This document shows, in pieces, positions 19,245 to 29,732 of a DNA stretch of 64,000 nucleotides (positions within the stretch are counted from its first letter, which is position 1; each line of letters begins with the position of its first letter). The notes below the pieces were generated by a model that saw nothing but the letters and a program-made list of their open reading frames with translations, was not told where the DNA came from and searched no databases. Source of the stretch: Verrucomicrobiota bacterium (GTDB lineage Bacteria; Verrucomicrobiota; Kiritimatiellia; CAIQIC01; JAGNIJ01); the NCBI GenBank assembly GCA_022710725.1, contig JAKLGK010000005.1, positions 156,347-220,346 of the forward strand. The letters are read 5' to 3'. The translations under genes were made by a program, and so were the position numbers.

Positions 19245-21415
19245 AACAGGTGCTGCAGGACCTGACGCAAGCGGCGGTGACGGTGGTCGAGGTGCCCGTG
19301 CCGGAGGCGCCGTCCGGCTTCGTGCTCGTGCGCAACGCGGCATCCATCATCAGCGCCGGCACGGAGAGCGCGCAACTGGCGGCGGCCCAGGCCGGGGCGC
19401 TGCAGAAGGTCTCGGAACGGCCGGAGCTCATCGGCCGCGCCTTTCGGATGCTCCGCGATCAGGGGCTGTCCGCGCTGATGAAAAAGGTCGGCGCGAAGAA
19501 GACCGGTTACGCGCCGCTGGGTTACAGCTGCGCGGGCGTCGTGGAGCGGGCGGGCGCCGGCGTGGACCGCTTCCCGCCGGGCGCCCCGGTGGCCTGCGCG
19601 GGCGTGGGCTACGCGGTGCATGCGGAGTACGCCTGCGTCCCGCAGAATCTCTGCGCGCCCGTGCCGGAGGGCGTGTCGCTGGAAGCCGCGGCCTACACGA
19701 CGCTCGGCGCCATCGCGATGCAGGGCGTGCGGCAGGCCGCCGTGGCGCTCGGCGAGGGCGTGACCGTGATCGGGCTGGGCTTGGTCGGCCTGCTCACCGT
19801 CCAGCTGCTCAAGGCCGCGGGCTGCCGGGTCGCCGGCGTGGACCCGGCCGAGAACGCGCGGAAGTGGGGCCGGACGGCGGGCTGCGACGAGACGGCCGAC
19901 CCGGCCGGGGCGGGCCAGGCCGTGTTGCGCATGACGCGCGGGCTGGGCGCGGACGCGGTCATCATCGCCGCCGCCGCGTCCGGCAGCGAGCCGGTCCAAC
20001 TGGCCGGCCGGCTGGCCCGTTCGCGCGGGCGCGTCGTCATGGTCGGCTCCACGGGGATGGACATCCCGCGCCAGCTCTTTTTTGAAAAGGAGCTGTCCTT
20101 TTGCCTGTCGCGCTCCTACGGTCCCGGCCGCTACGACCCGACCTACGAGGAGGGCGGGCTCGACTATCCGGCGGAGTACGTCCGCTTCACCGAGCAGCGC
20201 AACATGGAAGCCTTCCTCCAGCTCGCGCAGGAGGGAAAAATCCGGCCGGAAAACCTGACCACGCACCGGTTCGCCTTCGCCGACGCCCTGCGCGCCTACG
20301 ACGCGCTGAAGAACAGGGCGGAAGAGCGGGTGGGGATCGTGCTCCAGTATCCCGAGGCGCCCGCTCCCCGCGCGCCGAGGGTGGACCGGCCCGCGGCGCC
20401 CCGCGCGGCGCCGGGCGCGCTGGGCGTCGGCTTCATCGGGGCCGGCTCCTACGCGAGGGCCATGCTCCTCCCGGTCGTCAGCCGGAACGGAAACGCGCGG
20501 TTGCGCGGCGTGGCCGACCAGCGCGTCGACGCGAGCGCCGCCGCGGCCCGGGACTTCGGTTTCGCCTTCGCGGCGGCCGGCGCCGCGGAGGTCCTCGGCG
20601 ATGCCGACACGCAGGTCGTGTTCATCACGACGCGGCACGATTCCCATGCCTCGCTCGTCCTCGAAGGCCTGAAGGCGGGCAAGCAGGTCTGGGTGGAGAA
20701 ACCCCTCGCGCTGACCGTCGAGGAATTGCGCGCGGTGGCGGCCGCCGTGCGCGCGGGCCCGGAAGCCCGCCTGGTGGTCGGGTTCAACCGGCGCTTCAGC
20801 CCGCTCACGCAGTTCATCCGGGCGCGCCTCGGCGAGGCCGGGCCGGTCATGATCCAGTGCCGGGTGAACGCCGGCCCGGCGCCGGCCCGCCACTGGACGC
20901 AGGATCCGAAGATCGGCGGCGGGCGGCTCGTGGGCGAGGGCTGCCACTTCTTCGACCTGGCCTGCTGCCTGGCCGGCGGCCGGCCGGTCTCCGTGGTCAC
21001 GCGCGCGCTGAAGGGCGATCGCGCCGACCTGCTGCCCACCGCGAATTTCGCCGCCCTCGTGAGCTTCGACAACGGCAGCGTCGCCTCCCTCGCATACAGC
21101 GCGCAGGGCTCGCCGCTGCTGCCGAAGGAGCACCTCGAGATCCTGGCCGGCCCGGGCGTCGCGCGGCTCGACGATTTCCGCCGGGCGGAGTGGTACGGGC
21201 CGGCCCGGGCGCTCCGCGAAAAGCTCCCGCAGCAGGACAAGGGGCAGGCGGCCCTGGTGCAGGCGTTCCTGGATTCCGCGCGCCGGGGCGGGCCGCCGCC
21301 GATCTCCTTCGAAGACCTGCTCTATTCGTCCGCCCTGACCCTGGCCGCGCAGCAGAGCCTTGAATCCGGCCGCGAGGCGCGGGTGCGGGACGTGCTGGAC
21401 GCCGCGCAGGCATGA
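19241..21415 (+). CDS. Bi-domain oxidoreductase: N-terminal MDR zinc-type dehydrogenase fused to a C-terminal Gfo/Idh/MocA oxidoreductase
   Basis: The N-terminal half has a GroES-like fold followed by a Rossmann fold (VIGLGLVGLL). The C-terminal half has GVGFIGAGSYA...EKPLAL. Confidence 0.7.
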   Translation: MKQVLQDLTQAAVTVVEVPVPEAPSGFVLVRNAASIISAGTESAQLAAAQAGALQKVSERPELIGRAFRMLRDQGLSALMKKVGAKKTGYAPLGYSCAGVVERAGAGVDRFPPGAPVACAGVGYAVHAEYACVPQNLCAPVPEGVSLEAAAYTTLGAIAMQGVRQAAVALGEGVTVIGLGLVGLLTVQLLKAAGCRVAGVDPAENARKWGRTAGCDETADPAGAGQAVLRMTRGLGADAVIIAAAASGSEPVQLAGRLARSRGRVVMVGSTGMDIPRQLFFEKELSFCLSRSYGPGRYDPTYEEGGLDYPAEYVRFTEQRNMEAFLQLAQEGKIRPENLTTHRFAFADALRAYDALKNRAEERVGIVLQYPEAPAPRAPRVDRPAAPRAAPGALGVGFIGAGSYARAMLLPVVSRNGNARLRGVADQRVDASAAAARDFGFAFAAAGAAEVLGDADTQVVFITTRHDSHASLVLEGLKAGKQVWVEKPLALTVEELRAVAAAVRAGPEARLVVGFNRRFSPLTQFIRARLGEAGPVMIQCRVNAGPAPARHWTQDPKIGGGRLVGEGCHFFDLACCLAGGRPVSVVTRALKGDRADLLPTANFAALVSFDNGSVASLAYSAQGSPLLPKEHLEILAGPGVARLDDFRRAEWYGPARALREKLPQQDKGQAALVQAFLDSARRGGPPPISFEDLLYSSALTLAAQQSLESGREARVRDVLDAAQA

Positions 21416-22716
21416 AGAAGGTCCTCGTCAGCGCGTACTTCTTCATGGGCGGGAGTTCCATGGGGGACATCCGCGTCCGCCGCGCGCTGCGCAATCTGCA
21501 CCGGCACGGCTATAAGCCCGTCATCGTCACCCACGACCGGAACCGCGACCAGTGGCCGGCGTCGGACGACTACGAACTCGTGCCCGTCCGGGGGCTTGAC
21601 CTGGCGAAGGCGTACCGCCGGCTGCGCGGCCGCGAGGGCTCGTTCGCGCCGGCCCCGGCGGCCGGGCCGAAGGACCTGGTGTCGATGCGGACGGGTTTCA
21701 GCACGTGGATCAAGCAGTGGCTGCTTGTGCCCGACCCGCAGATGCTCTGGGGCCCGGCCGCGCTCCGGGCGGCGCGCGAGGTCCTGCGGCGCGAACGCGT
21801 GGACGCCGTGTACGCATCGCTCGCGCCGCGCACGGACATGCGGGTGGCCACGCGGGTCGCGGCGGAGTTCGGGCTTCCCTGCGTCGTGGAGTACCGGGAC
21901 CTCTGGACGTCCAATTTCTACGACAACCTGAAGGCGCCCACGCCGCTGCACCGGTGGCTGCACGCCCGGATGGAGCGGACGGCGATCCGGCGCGCGACCC
22001 GGATCACGTGCGTCAGCACGGGCCTGGCCGACTATCTCCGCGCACGGTACGCCGATCTGCGTCCCGAGATCAGCGTGGATTACGGGTTCTTCGATCCGGC
22101 CGAGTACCCGCCCCGCCCGCCGCGCGAGCCCGGTCGGCCGCTGACCGTCAGCTACGTCGGCAAGTTCTACTTCAGCCGGCAGCCCGGCGTCTTTCTCGAG
22201 GGGCTCCGGCGCTTCGTGGAGCGGACCGGGATACGGCCGGGGCAGTTCCGGTTCCAGTGGCTCGGCGAGATCATCGGTGTGGATCGCCTGCGGGAGACGG
22301 TGGAGGCCATGGGGCTGGGCCCGTTTGTCGAGTACTACGGCCACGTGCCGCATCGGCAGGCGATCGAAACGCTGACGCGCAGCGATGTCGCGCTGATCGT
22401 CCAGGCGCCGCAGGACACAATCCATATCCCCGGCAAGATCTACGAGGCCATGGGCGCGCGGACGCCGATCCTGTACATCTCGCCGCCCTTCGAGGGCACG
22501 GAGATCGTTGAGCGGACCGGCGCCGGCCTGTGCTGCCCGCACGACGCGGAGGCGGTGGGCGAGACGCTGGCCCGCTTCCGGGCGCACCGCGAGCAGGGCG
22601 GCCCGTGGCCGTTCCGCGAGGACGAGGTGCGCCGCTTCGACAAGGACGTCTTTCTCGCCCGTCTGGCGGTCCTGTTCGACCAGGCCATCGCGGACCATGC
22701 GACCTTGCCTGCTTAA
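21412..22716 (+). CDS. Glycosyltransferase family 4
   Basis: It has the GT-B fold and the EGMP-like motif region (IPGKIYEAMGARTPIL). Confidence 0.75.
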   Translation: MKKVLVSAYFFMGGSSMGDIRVRRALRNLHRHGYKPVIVTHDRNRDQWPASDDYELVPVRGLDLAKAYRRLRGREGSFAPAPAAGPKDLVSMRTGFSTWIKQWLLVPDPQMLWGPAALRAAREVLRRERVDAVYASLAPRTDMRVATRVAAEFGLPCVVEYRDLWTSNFYDNLKAPTPLHRWLHARMERTAIRRATRITCVSTGLADYLRARYADLRPEISVDYGFFDPAEYPPRPPREPGRPLTVSYVGKFYFSRQPGVFLEGLRRFVERTGIRPGQFRFQWLGEIIGVDRLRETVEAMGLGPFVEYYGHVPHRQAIETLTRSDVALIVQAPQDTIHIPGKIYEAMGARTPILYISPPFEGTEIVERTGAGLCCPHDAEAVGETLARFRAHREQGGPWPFREDEVRRFDKDVFLARLAVLFDQAIADHATLPA

Positions 22717-24508
22717 AGCCCTCTGGTTGAGCCCCTGGTCCCGGCACCCGGCCTTCCTGTGGCGGAAGATCCGGTCGAAGCTGGGAGCGGAGCCTCCGCT
22801 TGTCGTCCGGCCCCGGCCGCCGGGCGAGGGCCGGTGTGCGGCCCTGCCGGTGGACGGGCTGCGCCGGTGGTTCGAAGCCTGCGAATGGCAGGCGGAGCCG
22901 TACCCGTGGACGCGCGTGTTCCACCGGGATTTCTCCGAGGAGTTCCTGCTTGGACGCTGCCACTCCGGCGGGCCGTTGAATCCGGAGGACCTCGCCAGCC
23001 TGGCCGCCGCCTCGGGGCCGAACGGCGCGCGCGATCTGACCGGCGACATCAAGCTGCCGTGGGAGTTCAGCCGCGGGTACGCCTTCGTGCTGCAGGCGGC
23101 GGGGACGCCTTCGGGGCGCCGCGAGACGGCGGCCGCCGAGATCGCGGAAAAAATCGTCCTCTGGGAAGAGCACAACCGCGATCTCGGCGGGCCCAACTGG
23201 ATCTGCGCCATGGAGGTGGCCCTGCGCGCGGTCAACTGGGCCTGCGCGGACGCCCTCCTCGAGGGCGGCGTCAGCGAGCGGGTGGGCCGCGACCGCTGGC
23301 TGGACGGGCTCTGGACGGCGGGACAGGTGGTGGAGCAGCGGATCGAGGCGCGGAAGGTGTCGTCCAATCATTATCTGGCCGACCTCCTGGGTCTCGCCGT
23401 GATCGGGCTGCATTTTCCGGCCACGGCGGATGGGCGTCGGTGGCGCCGCTTCGGCGTCGCGGAGATGCAGAAGGCCCTGCTGCGCCAGACCTACCGGGAC
23501 GGGGGATTGTACGAATCCTCGCTGCCCTACCACGCGCTGGTCACGGAGATGGCGCTGCTGCTGGCGCTGTTCGCGCGGGAATCGCTGCGCCCGGCCTTCC
23601 TCCGGCGTCTGGAGCGGATGGCCCGCGTGGTCGCGGCGTGCCTGGATGCCGGCGGCGATGTCTTCCCGATCGGCGACGAGGACGGGGGGCGCGTGATCCC
23701 GCTGGATTTCATCTCGCGCCGGGGCCGCGGCGAGATCCTGCTCCAGCTGGCGGAACAGGTTTTTCCAGGGGCCGATTTCAGCCGGCCGTCGGAGGCCTTC
23801 TTTCCCCGCAGCGGCTGGTGGGTGCGGCGGCGCGGCGACTTCGAGGTCTGCCTGGAATTCGGCGGCTACGGGCCATGCGGCTACGGGAGCCACGCGCACA
23901 ACGATACGCTCTCGGTGGTCATCAACTTCCGGGGCAGCCGCTTGTTCGTCGACCCCGGGACGTACCTCTACACGCCGGATCCGGAGGCGCGCAATCGTTT
24001 CCGCTCGGCGGCGGCGCACAACGCGCTGACGCGCGGCGGCCGGGAGCCGTGGCCCCTTCCGACGGACATGCCCGGCCTGTTCCGCCTGCCCGGCCCCGAT
24101 CGACCGGGCCGCGTCACGGAACAGGATCGCTCCGGGATCCGGGTCGAAACGACGACCGGCGGAACTTTCCGCTGTAGCCGTCGCGTCCAGGTGGAGGCGG
24201 ACCGGGTAATCCTGGACGACCGATGGTCGAAGGCGGGGGGCGAACCGCTGACCTGGAACTTCACGCTGGCGCCGGGCGTTCTCGCGGAGAGGGACGGGGC
24301 GGCCGGCTTCCGCCTGGTCGCGCCTTCCGGCGTCCTCCGGCTCGCCTGTTCGCGGCCCGAGGCGGAAGGCCGGGTGGAGGACGGCGAGATGTCCCCCGGG
24401 TACGGCCGCCGCGAGAAAGTCCAGCGGCTCCGAGTCCGCCTGGCCGGCGGGATGCCGGAAGAATGCCTTTGGACCTTGAGCCCGGAACAGCCGCCGAGGC
24501 CGGGCTGA
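22697..24508 (+). CDS. Heparinase II/III-like protein (alpha/alpha toroid followed by a beta-sandwich)
   Basis: The region around NHYLADLLGL, YHALV and HAHNDTLS fits the heparinase II/III family that is common in polysaccharide loci. Confidence 0.6.
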   Translation: MRPCLLKALWLSPWSRHPAFLWRKIRSKLGAEPPLVVRPRPPGEGRCAALPVDGLRRWFEACEWQAEPYPWTRVFHRDFSEEFLLGRCHSGGPLNPEDLASLAAASGPNGARDLTGDIKLPWEFSRGYAFVLQAAGTPSGRRETAAAEIAEKIVLWEEHNRDLGGPNWICAMEVALRAVNWACADALLEGGVSERVGRDRWLDGLWTAGQVVEQRIEARKVSSNHYLADLLGLAVIGLHFPATADGRRWRRFGVAEMQKALLRQTYRDGGLYESSLPYHALVTEMALLLALFARESLRPAFLRRLERMARVVAACLDAGGDVFPIGDEDGGRVIPLDFISRRGRGEILLQLAEQVFPGADFSRPSEAFFPRSGWWVRRRGDFEVCLEFGGYGPCGYGSHAHNDTLSVVINFRGSRLFVDPGTYLYTPDPEARNRFRSAAAHNALTRGGREPWPLPTDMPGLFRLPGPDRPGRVTEQDRSGIRVETTTGGTFRCSRRVQVEADRVILDDRWSKAGGEPLTWNFTLAPGVLAERDGAAGFRLVAPSGVLRLACSRPEAEGRVEDGEMSPGYGRREKVQRLRVRLAGGMPEECLWTLSPEQPPRPG

Positions 24509-24622
24509 ACGGGGGGCGGAAGCCGGCGATGGATTGCGATTTGTATTGGCGCGCGGCCCGGCCGGGTCCTATTTTCTCCACCGGCCGCGCGCCGGGGCGG
24601 GGCAGCGTGAAGAGGCGGAGTC

Positions 24623-26143
24623 ATGGCTGAACTGGAAAGAAGGAATCTGCTGATCCTGCTGCCCGACGCCCTGCGGCCGGATCAACTGGGCTGCTACGGA
24701 TCGACGCGCGGCAACTCCCCGGTCGTGGACCGGCTGGCGGCGGAAGGGATCGTTTTCGAGAACGCCTTCACCGTCTCGCCCGTGACCAACGTGTCCGTGA
24801 GCACCCTGTTCACCGGCTGCCTCCCGAAAGTCCATGGCGTGCGGCTGCACACCTCCGTGCTCGCCCGCGGCGTGCCGACGCTGGCGGAGCGGCTCCGGGC
24901 GGAAGGCTACCAGACCGGCGCCGTGATCAGCTGCGCCACGATGGACCGGTCGCGCGGCCTGGACCGCGGCTTCGATTTCTACGACGACGCCTTCGGCCCC
25001 GAGGAGCCCAAGGGAATCAAGGGCGCCGACCCGGACGAGCGCACGATCTCGCGCCATGCCGGGACGGCCGTAAGCCTCGCGTTGCAATGGCTGCGCGGCC
25101 TCGATCCCGGCCGCCCGTTCTTCCTGTTCCTGCACCTGTTCGACACGCACTCGCCCTACGATCCCCCGCGCGACTGGCGCGAAAGCCATCCGACCGCCTA
25201 CGCCGGGCGCGCGGACGGATCGGAAAAGGAAGGCCTAGCTATCAAGCTGGGCGAGTTCGTTCCCGGCCCGGAGGACATCGCGCACCTGAATTACCTGTAC
25301 GGCGGGGAACTGAACCATACCGACCGGCAGGTGGCCCGCCTGTTGTCCGCGTTGAGCGATCTCGGGCGGGCGGAGAACCTGCTGACGGTCTTCACGGCGG
25401 ATCACGGGGTGCACCTGGGCGAGCGCGGCGTGTGGGGGTCCGGCCGGCGGCTCTACGACCGTGAGCTTCGCGTCCCCCTGGTGCTGCACGGCCTGCCGGG
25501 TCTCGCCGGGCGGCGGGTTTCCACGCTTGTTCCCAACACCGACGTGATGCCCACGCTCCTCGAGGCGCTCGGATGCGCCGCGCCGGCCGGCCTCAACGGC
25601 CGGTCGCGCCTGGCTGAGGCGCGGAATCCGGACGCGGCGGACGACACTGTGATCTACGCCGAGACCTTCATGCCGGCCGCGCCGGAGAACCAGCGCCTCG
25701 CTGTGCGCAACCGCCGGTGGAAGCTCATCACCCCCGTGCCCCCGGAGGAGCGGGCTGTCCTGCTCTCGCGTCCTCCCGGCGAGACGTGGCAGCGCATCCG
25801 CCGCCTGCTCTATCGTTTGTGGCACAATCGCAAGGGCCGGAAGGAGCAGTTCCGGCGGGCCCTGGACGTCCTGTTCGGCGGGCGCGAGAAGGACGCCTAC
25901 CGGCGGATCGAGGATCGCGACCGCCAGCTGCTCGGATCGGAGCCGGAACTGTACGACGTGCGGAACGATCCGGGGGAGGAGAAGAACGTCTACGCCGCGC
26001 GGCCCCGCGTGGCGCGGCTGATGGCGAACGAACTGGCCTTCTTTTCCAGCCGGTACATCCGCAGGAGCTCCGCGGCGGAACAATTGTCGCCCGAGCAGCT
26101 TCGCGAGGCGAACGAAGTGCTCCGCCAACTGGGATACAAATGA
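24623..26143 (+). CDS. Sulfatase-fold (alkaline phosphatase superfamily) protein with Thr in place of the formylglycine Cys
   Basis: The N-terminus matches sulfatases (LLILLPDALRPDQLGCYG...DRLAAEGIVFENAF). The catalytic block reads SPVTNVSVSTLFTG instead of SPVCSPSRASLLTG, so Thr/Val/Val replace Cys/Pro/Arg. Confidence 0.7.
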   Translation: MAELERRNLLILLPDALRPDQLGCYGSTRGNSPVVDRLAAEGIVFENAFTVSPVTNVSVSTLFTGCLPKVHGVRLHTSVLARGVPTLAERLRAEGYQTGAVISCATMDRSRGLDRGFDFYDDAFGPEEPKGIKGADPDERTISRHAGTAVSLALQWLRGLDPGRPFFLFLHLFDTHSPYDPPRDWRESHPTAYAGRADGSEKEGLAIKLGEFVPGPEDIAHLNYLYGGELNHTDRQVARLLSALSDLGRAENLLTVFTADHGVHLGERGVWGSGRRLYDRELRVPLVLHGLPGLAGRRVSTLVPNTDVMPTLLEALGCAAPAGLNGRSRLAEARNPDAADDTVIYAETFMPAAPENQRLAVRNRRWKLITPVPPEERAVLLSRPPGETWQRIRRLLYRLWHNRKGRKEQFRRALDVLFGGREKDAYRRIEDRDRQLLGSEPELYDVRNDPGEEKNVYAARPRVARLMANELAFFSSRYIRRSSAAEQLSPEQLREANEVLRQLGYK

Positions 26144-27282
26144 CCGCCCCTCGGCAGATCGTGTTGATCCTGCTCGACGGCCTGCGCGCAGACGCGCTGG
26201 ACGCGCACCCCGTGTTTGACGGCCTCAAGCGGCGCGGCCTTTTCTGCGGGAACATGGTCACGTACGCGCCGTACACCACGGCCTCCATGCACGCGATCCT
26301 CACGGGCGTCTACGGCCCGCGCAACGGCGTGGACTCCTACTTCTCCGCCGCGAAGTTCCGTGCGGACGCCTGCCGCACCCTGGCGCAGTATCTCCGCGCC
26401 GCCGGCTATGAAACCGCCGTGGACATCAACAACCGGAACACGATTCCCGGCCAGGGGTACGAACGGGTGACGGAGTACGACGAGTTTCATCCCGACCACC
26501 GCGGCCGGCTGTTCGAGCGGCACCGCGCTCTGCTGGCCGAAGCGCGGGCGCCCGGCCGGCCGTACCTGCTCTCGCTGCACAATCTCAAGACGCATACCGA
26601 GCTGATCCAGAAGTTCCGCGAAGTCTATCCCGGGGAGAAGGAATCGCTCTACTACGCCGACCCCGCCCGCAACGAGCGGGAATACCGCGGGTACGCGCGC
26701 GAGATGGGCGACTACGTGGCGGCGCTCCTGGACGACCTGGACCGCGCGCGGTTCTTCCGCGACGGCTTGCTGGTCGTGTTTTCCGACCACGGCTGCAGCT
26801 ACGGCGAGCGGCCGGGCGAGCGCATGTACGGGACCTACCTGAACGACTACACCCTCCGGACCTTCGCCTTTTTCCTCGGCGCCGGATTCGCGCCGGGCGC
26901 CCGTCGCGCCGGGCTGCTGCGCACGGTGGACCTCCTGCCGACCGTGCTGGACGCCTGCGGCCTCGAACCGGCGGGCGACGCGCTGGAGCCGGACGGCCGG
27001 TCGTTTTTCCGCGAGGAGGCCGGGGACCGGTGGGCGTTCGTCGAAACCGCCCCGCTGGCGGGAGCCCACCCGTCGCCGTACGCGCCCAACTACCACGGCG
27101 TGGTTTCGGAATCGCGGAAAGTGCTCTATCATTCGGAAACGGACGCGCTGGAATACCTGGCGCGGGAGGGCGGGGCCTGGCGCGCCGCGCCGGCGGACGC
27201 GCCCGGGGCCGAGGAATGGCTGATGCGGCTGTGCGCGTGTTCGCCGCGCGTCAACCGGAAGTGGCTGAACAAGGCATCGTGA
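26140..27282 (+). CDS. Second sulfatase-fold protein, also with a Thr nucleophile
   Basis: The N-terminal core reads [14 protein letters not shown] and the nucleophile block [14 protein letters not shown]. There is no CxPxR motif and no N-terminal membrane segment. Confidence 0.65.
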   Translation: MTAPRQIVLILLDGLRADALDAHPVFDGLKRRGLFCGNMVTYAPYTTASMHAILTGVYGPRNGVDSYFSAAKFRADACRTLAQYLRAAGYETAVDINNRNTIPGQGYERVTEYDEFHPDHRGRLFERHRALLAEARAPGRPYLLSLHNLKTHTELIQKFREVYPGEKESLYYADPARNEREYRGYAREMGDYVAALLDDLDRARFFRDGLLVVFSDHGCSYGERPGERMYGTYLNDYTLRTFAFFLGAGFAPGARRAGLLRTVDLLPTVLDACGLEPAGDALEPDGRSFFREEAGDRWAFVETAPLAGAHPSPYAPNYHGVVSESRKVLYHSETDALEYLAREGGAWRAAPADAPGAEEWLMRLCACSPRVNRKWLNKAS

Positions 27283-27302
27283 AGGCCGGGAAGGGAGTCG
27301 AG

Positions 27303-28604
27303 ATGAAACAAGTTTATGTCGGGATGTGCGCCGACCTGATTCATCACGGGCACATCAACATCATCCGCGAGGCCCGGAAGCTCGGCGAGGTGACCGTCGG
27401 CCTGCTGGCCGACAAGGCCATCGCGTCCTACAAGCGTGTCCCGCTGCTTTCGTACGAACAGCGCAAGCAGATCATCGAGAACATCCAGGGCGTCGCGCGC
27501 GTGGTGCCGCAGGAGACCTTGGACTACGTCCCGAATCTCCGGGCCCTGAAGCCCGACATCGTCGTGCACGGCACCGACTGGCGCGAGGGCGTCCAGCGGG
27601 AGACCCGCGCGCGCGTGATGGCCGCGCTGAAGGAGTGGGGAGGGGAGCTCGTGGAGCCGGAATACACGCCGGACGTCAGCTCGACGGCGCTGATCCGGGA
27701 GGTGCTGCAGGTCGGCTCCGCGCCGGACGTCCGCCGCCGCAAGCTGCGGCGGCTGCTCGACCTCAAGCCCCTGGTCCGCGTGCTGGAGGTCCATAACGGG
27801 CTCACGGCGCGGCTGGTGGAGCAGGTCTCGGTCGGCGAGGGCACGGCCGCGCGCTCGTTCGATGCGATGTGGGAAAGCAGCCTGACCGACTCCGCCTCGA
27901 AGGGCAAGCCCGACACCGGCGTCGTGGACTTCACCTCGCGCCTCCAGACCATCGAGCAGATCCTGGACGTCACGACCAAGCCCATGCTCGTGGACGCGGA
28001 CAACGGCGGCTTCGCCGAGCACTTCGTCTACCTCGTGCGCACCCTGGAGAGGCAGGGCGTGTCGGCCGTGGTGATCGAGGACAAGACCGGCCCGAAGCGC
28101 AACTCGCTCTTAGGCACGGACGTGGCCCAGGAGCAGGAATCCGCGGAGATGTTCGCCGGGAAGATCACGGCGGGCAAGCGGGCGCAGGCGACGGACGATT
28201 TCATGATCATCGCCCGCATCGAGAGCCTGATCCTGAAAAAAGGCATGGAGGACGCCTTGCGCCGCGCCCGGGCGTACCTGGAGGCGGGCGCCGACGGCCT
28301 GCTCATTCACAGCAAGGAGAAGACGCCGGACGAGATCCTGCGCTTCTGCGAGGGCTATCGGGCCATGGGCGCGCCCGCGCCGCTGGCCGTCGTGCCCACC
28401 ACGTACGCCGACACGCCCGAGGACCGGCTCGCGGAGGCCGGCGTCCGGATCGTGATCTACGCCAACCACCTGCTCCGCGCCGCCTACCCGGCCATGCGGA
28501 AGGCCGCGGAATCCATCCTGCGCCATCACCGCTGCCGCGAGGCCGACGAGGTCTGCATGCCCATCAAGCAGGTGCTGACGCTGATCCCGGGGGCGGAAGG
28601 ATGA
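27303..28604 (+). CDS. Fusion of a TagD-like HxGH cytidylyltransferase and phosphoenolpyruvate mutase (PepM)
   Basis: The N-terminus ([19 protein letters not shown]) belongs to the cytidylyltransferase-like family. The C-terminus has the PEP mutase / isocitrate lyase-family motifs ([19 protein letters not shown]). Confidence 0.8.
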   Translation: MKQVYVGMCADLIHHGHINIIREARKLGEVTVGLLADKAIASYKRVPLLSYEQRKQIIENIQGVARVVPQETLDYVPNLRALKPDIVVHGTDWREGVQRETRARVMAALKEWGGELVEPEYTPDVSSTALIREVLQVGSAPDVRRRKLRRLLDLKPLVRVLEVHNGLTARLVEQVSVGEGTAARSFDAMWESSLTDSASKGKPDTGVVDFTSRLQTIEQILDVTTKPMLVDADNGGFAEHFVYLVRTLERQGVSAVVIEDKTGPKRNSLLGTDVAQEQESAEMFAGKITAGKRAQATDDFMIIARIESLILKKGMEDALRRARAYLEAGADGLLIHSKEKTPDEILRFCEGYRAMGAPAPLAVVPTTYADTPEDRLAEAGVRIVIYANHLLRAAYPAMRKAAESILRHHRCREADEVCMPIKQVLTLIPGAEG

Positions 28605-29728
28605 CCTGCGAAGAACTTTGGGCGGCGTTCCGGGCCGAGGGGCTCGATTTCTTCACCGGCGTTCCGGACAGCACGTTCGCGCCGTGGATGGCTTTCCTGT
28701 CCGCGAACAACGGGCAGGGGCTGACGGACCTCGCGGCCTCGAACGAGGGCGAGGCCGTGGCCCTCGCGGCCGGGTACCACCTGGCGACGGGGAAGGTCGG
28801 GGTCGTCTACATGCAGAACGCCGGCCTGGGCAACACGGTCAACCCGCTGACCTCGCTGGCGGATCCCGAGGTTTATGCCATCCCCATGATCCTGATGATC
28901 GGCTGGCGCGGCCAGCCCGGGCGCAAGGACGAGCCGCAGCACGTCAAAATGGGGCGGGTGATGAGGCCGCTGCTCGACGCCCTGGAGATCCCGTGGCGCG
29001 ATCTGCCCGCGGCGGCGGATCCCGCCGCCGCGGTGATCGCCGAGCTGCGCGCCCTGGCCCTGCGTGCCAGCGCCCCGGTCGCCCTGATCGTCCGTAGCGG
29101 AATCGTGGAAGGCCGCGCGGTGGCCCCCGCTTCCGACCGCTCGCTGACGCGGGAGCAGGCGCTGGAATGGCTCCTGGAACTCCTGCCGGCGGCGGCCGTC
29201 TCCGTGGCGACCACGGGCAAGACCTCGCGCGAGGTGTTCGAGATCCGCGAGCGGCGCGGGGAGGGCCACGAGAGGGATTTCCTGACCGTCGGGTCCATGG
29301 GGCTGGCTTCCGCGATCGCGCTGGGCGTGGCCCTGCAGAAACCGGGCGCGAAGGTCGTCATCCTCGACGGCGACGGGGCGATGCTGATGCATACCGGAAA
29401 CCTGGCGGCCATCGGCCGCGCCGCGCCGGCGAACCTCTACCACGTGGTCTTCGACAACGGGGTCCACGATTCGACCGGGGGGCAGCGCCTCGCGTCCGCG
29501 TCCGTGGATTTCGGCCGGGTGGCCGAGGCCTTCGGGTATGCCGGCGGCGCCGCGGCCGAAACCGAGGATGAACTCAAGGCGGCCGCCCGGAGCATGCTGG
29601 CGGGCCGGGGGCCGTTCCTGCTGACGGTGCGGGTGCGGCCCGGCGCGCGCAAGGATCTCGGGCGCCCGACCACCACGCCGGTACGGAACAAGACCGAGTT
29701 GATGAAGTTTCTGGGCGCCCTGAAGTGA
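28601..29728 (+). CDS. Phosphonopyruvate decarboxylase (ThDP-dependent, Ppd/AepY-like)
   Basis: It has the ThDP-binding GDGAMLM...N motif, and the two-domain ThDP architecture directly follows PepM. Confidence 0.8.
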   Translation: MTCEELWAAFRAEGLDFFTGVPDSTFAPWMAFLSANNGQGLTDLAASNEGEAVALAAGYHLATGKVGVVYMQNAGLGNTVNPLTSLADPEVYAIPMILMIGWRGQPGRKDEPQHVKMGRVMRPLLDALEIPWRDLPAAADPAAAVIAELRALALRASAPVALIVRSGIVEGRAVAPASDRSLTREQALEWLLELLPAAAVSVATTGKTSREVFEIRERRGEGHERDFLTVGSMGLASAIALGVALQKPGAKVVILDGDGAMLMHTGNLAAIGRAAPANLYHVVFDNGVHDSTGGQRLASASVDFGRVAEAFGYAGGAAAETEDELKAAARSMLAGRGPFLLTVRVRPGARKDLGRPTTTPVRNKTELMKFLGALK

Positions 29729-29732
29729 TCCC

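Noticed and set aside
206-24019. Many long ORFs in alternative frames or antisense to the operon genes, for example 206-1504, 1942-3243, 3452-4420, 6481-8481, 9708-10967, 11000-12595, 12601-14091, 14103-15227, 16150-17721, 17412-19343, 19190-21133, 21322-23367, 22271-24019
   Set aside because: These are Arg/Ala/Gly/Pro-rich low-complexity translations typical of spurious ORFs in roughly 68% GC DNA. Each overlaps a gene with clear family motifs on the other strand or frame.
24569-25189. ORF 24569-25189 (-) as a gene in the gap before the sulfatase-fold gene
   Set aside because: It is antisense to the 5' part of 24623-26143, low-complexity, and has no RBS or motif. The 115-bp gap 24509-24622 is just an intergenic spacer within the operon.
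24623-27282. Calling the two PF00884-like proteins true sulfatases
   Set aside because: The formylglycine motif C/S-x-P-x-R is replaced by T-x-V-x-V in one and T-T-A-S-M in the other. Arylsulfatase chemistry is not supported. I kept them as sulfatase-fold phosphoryl-transfer candidates.
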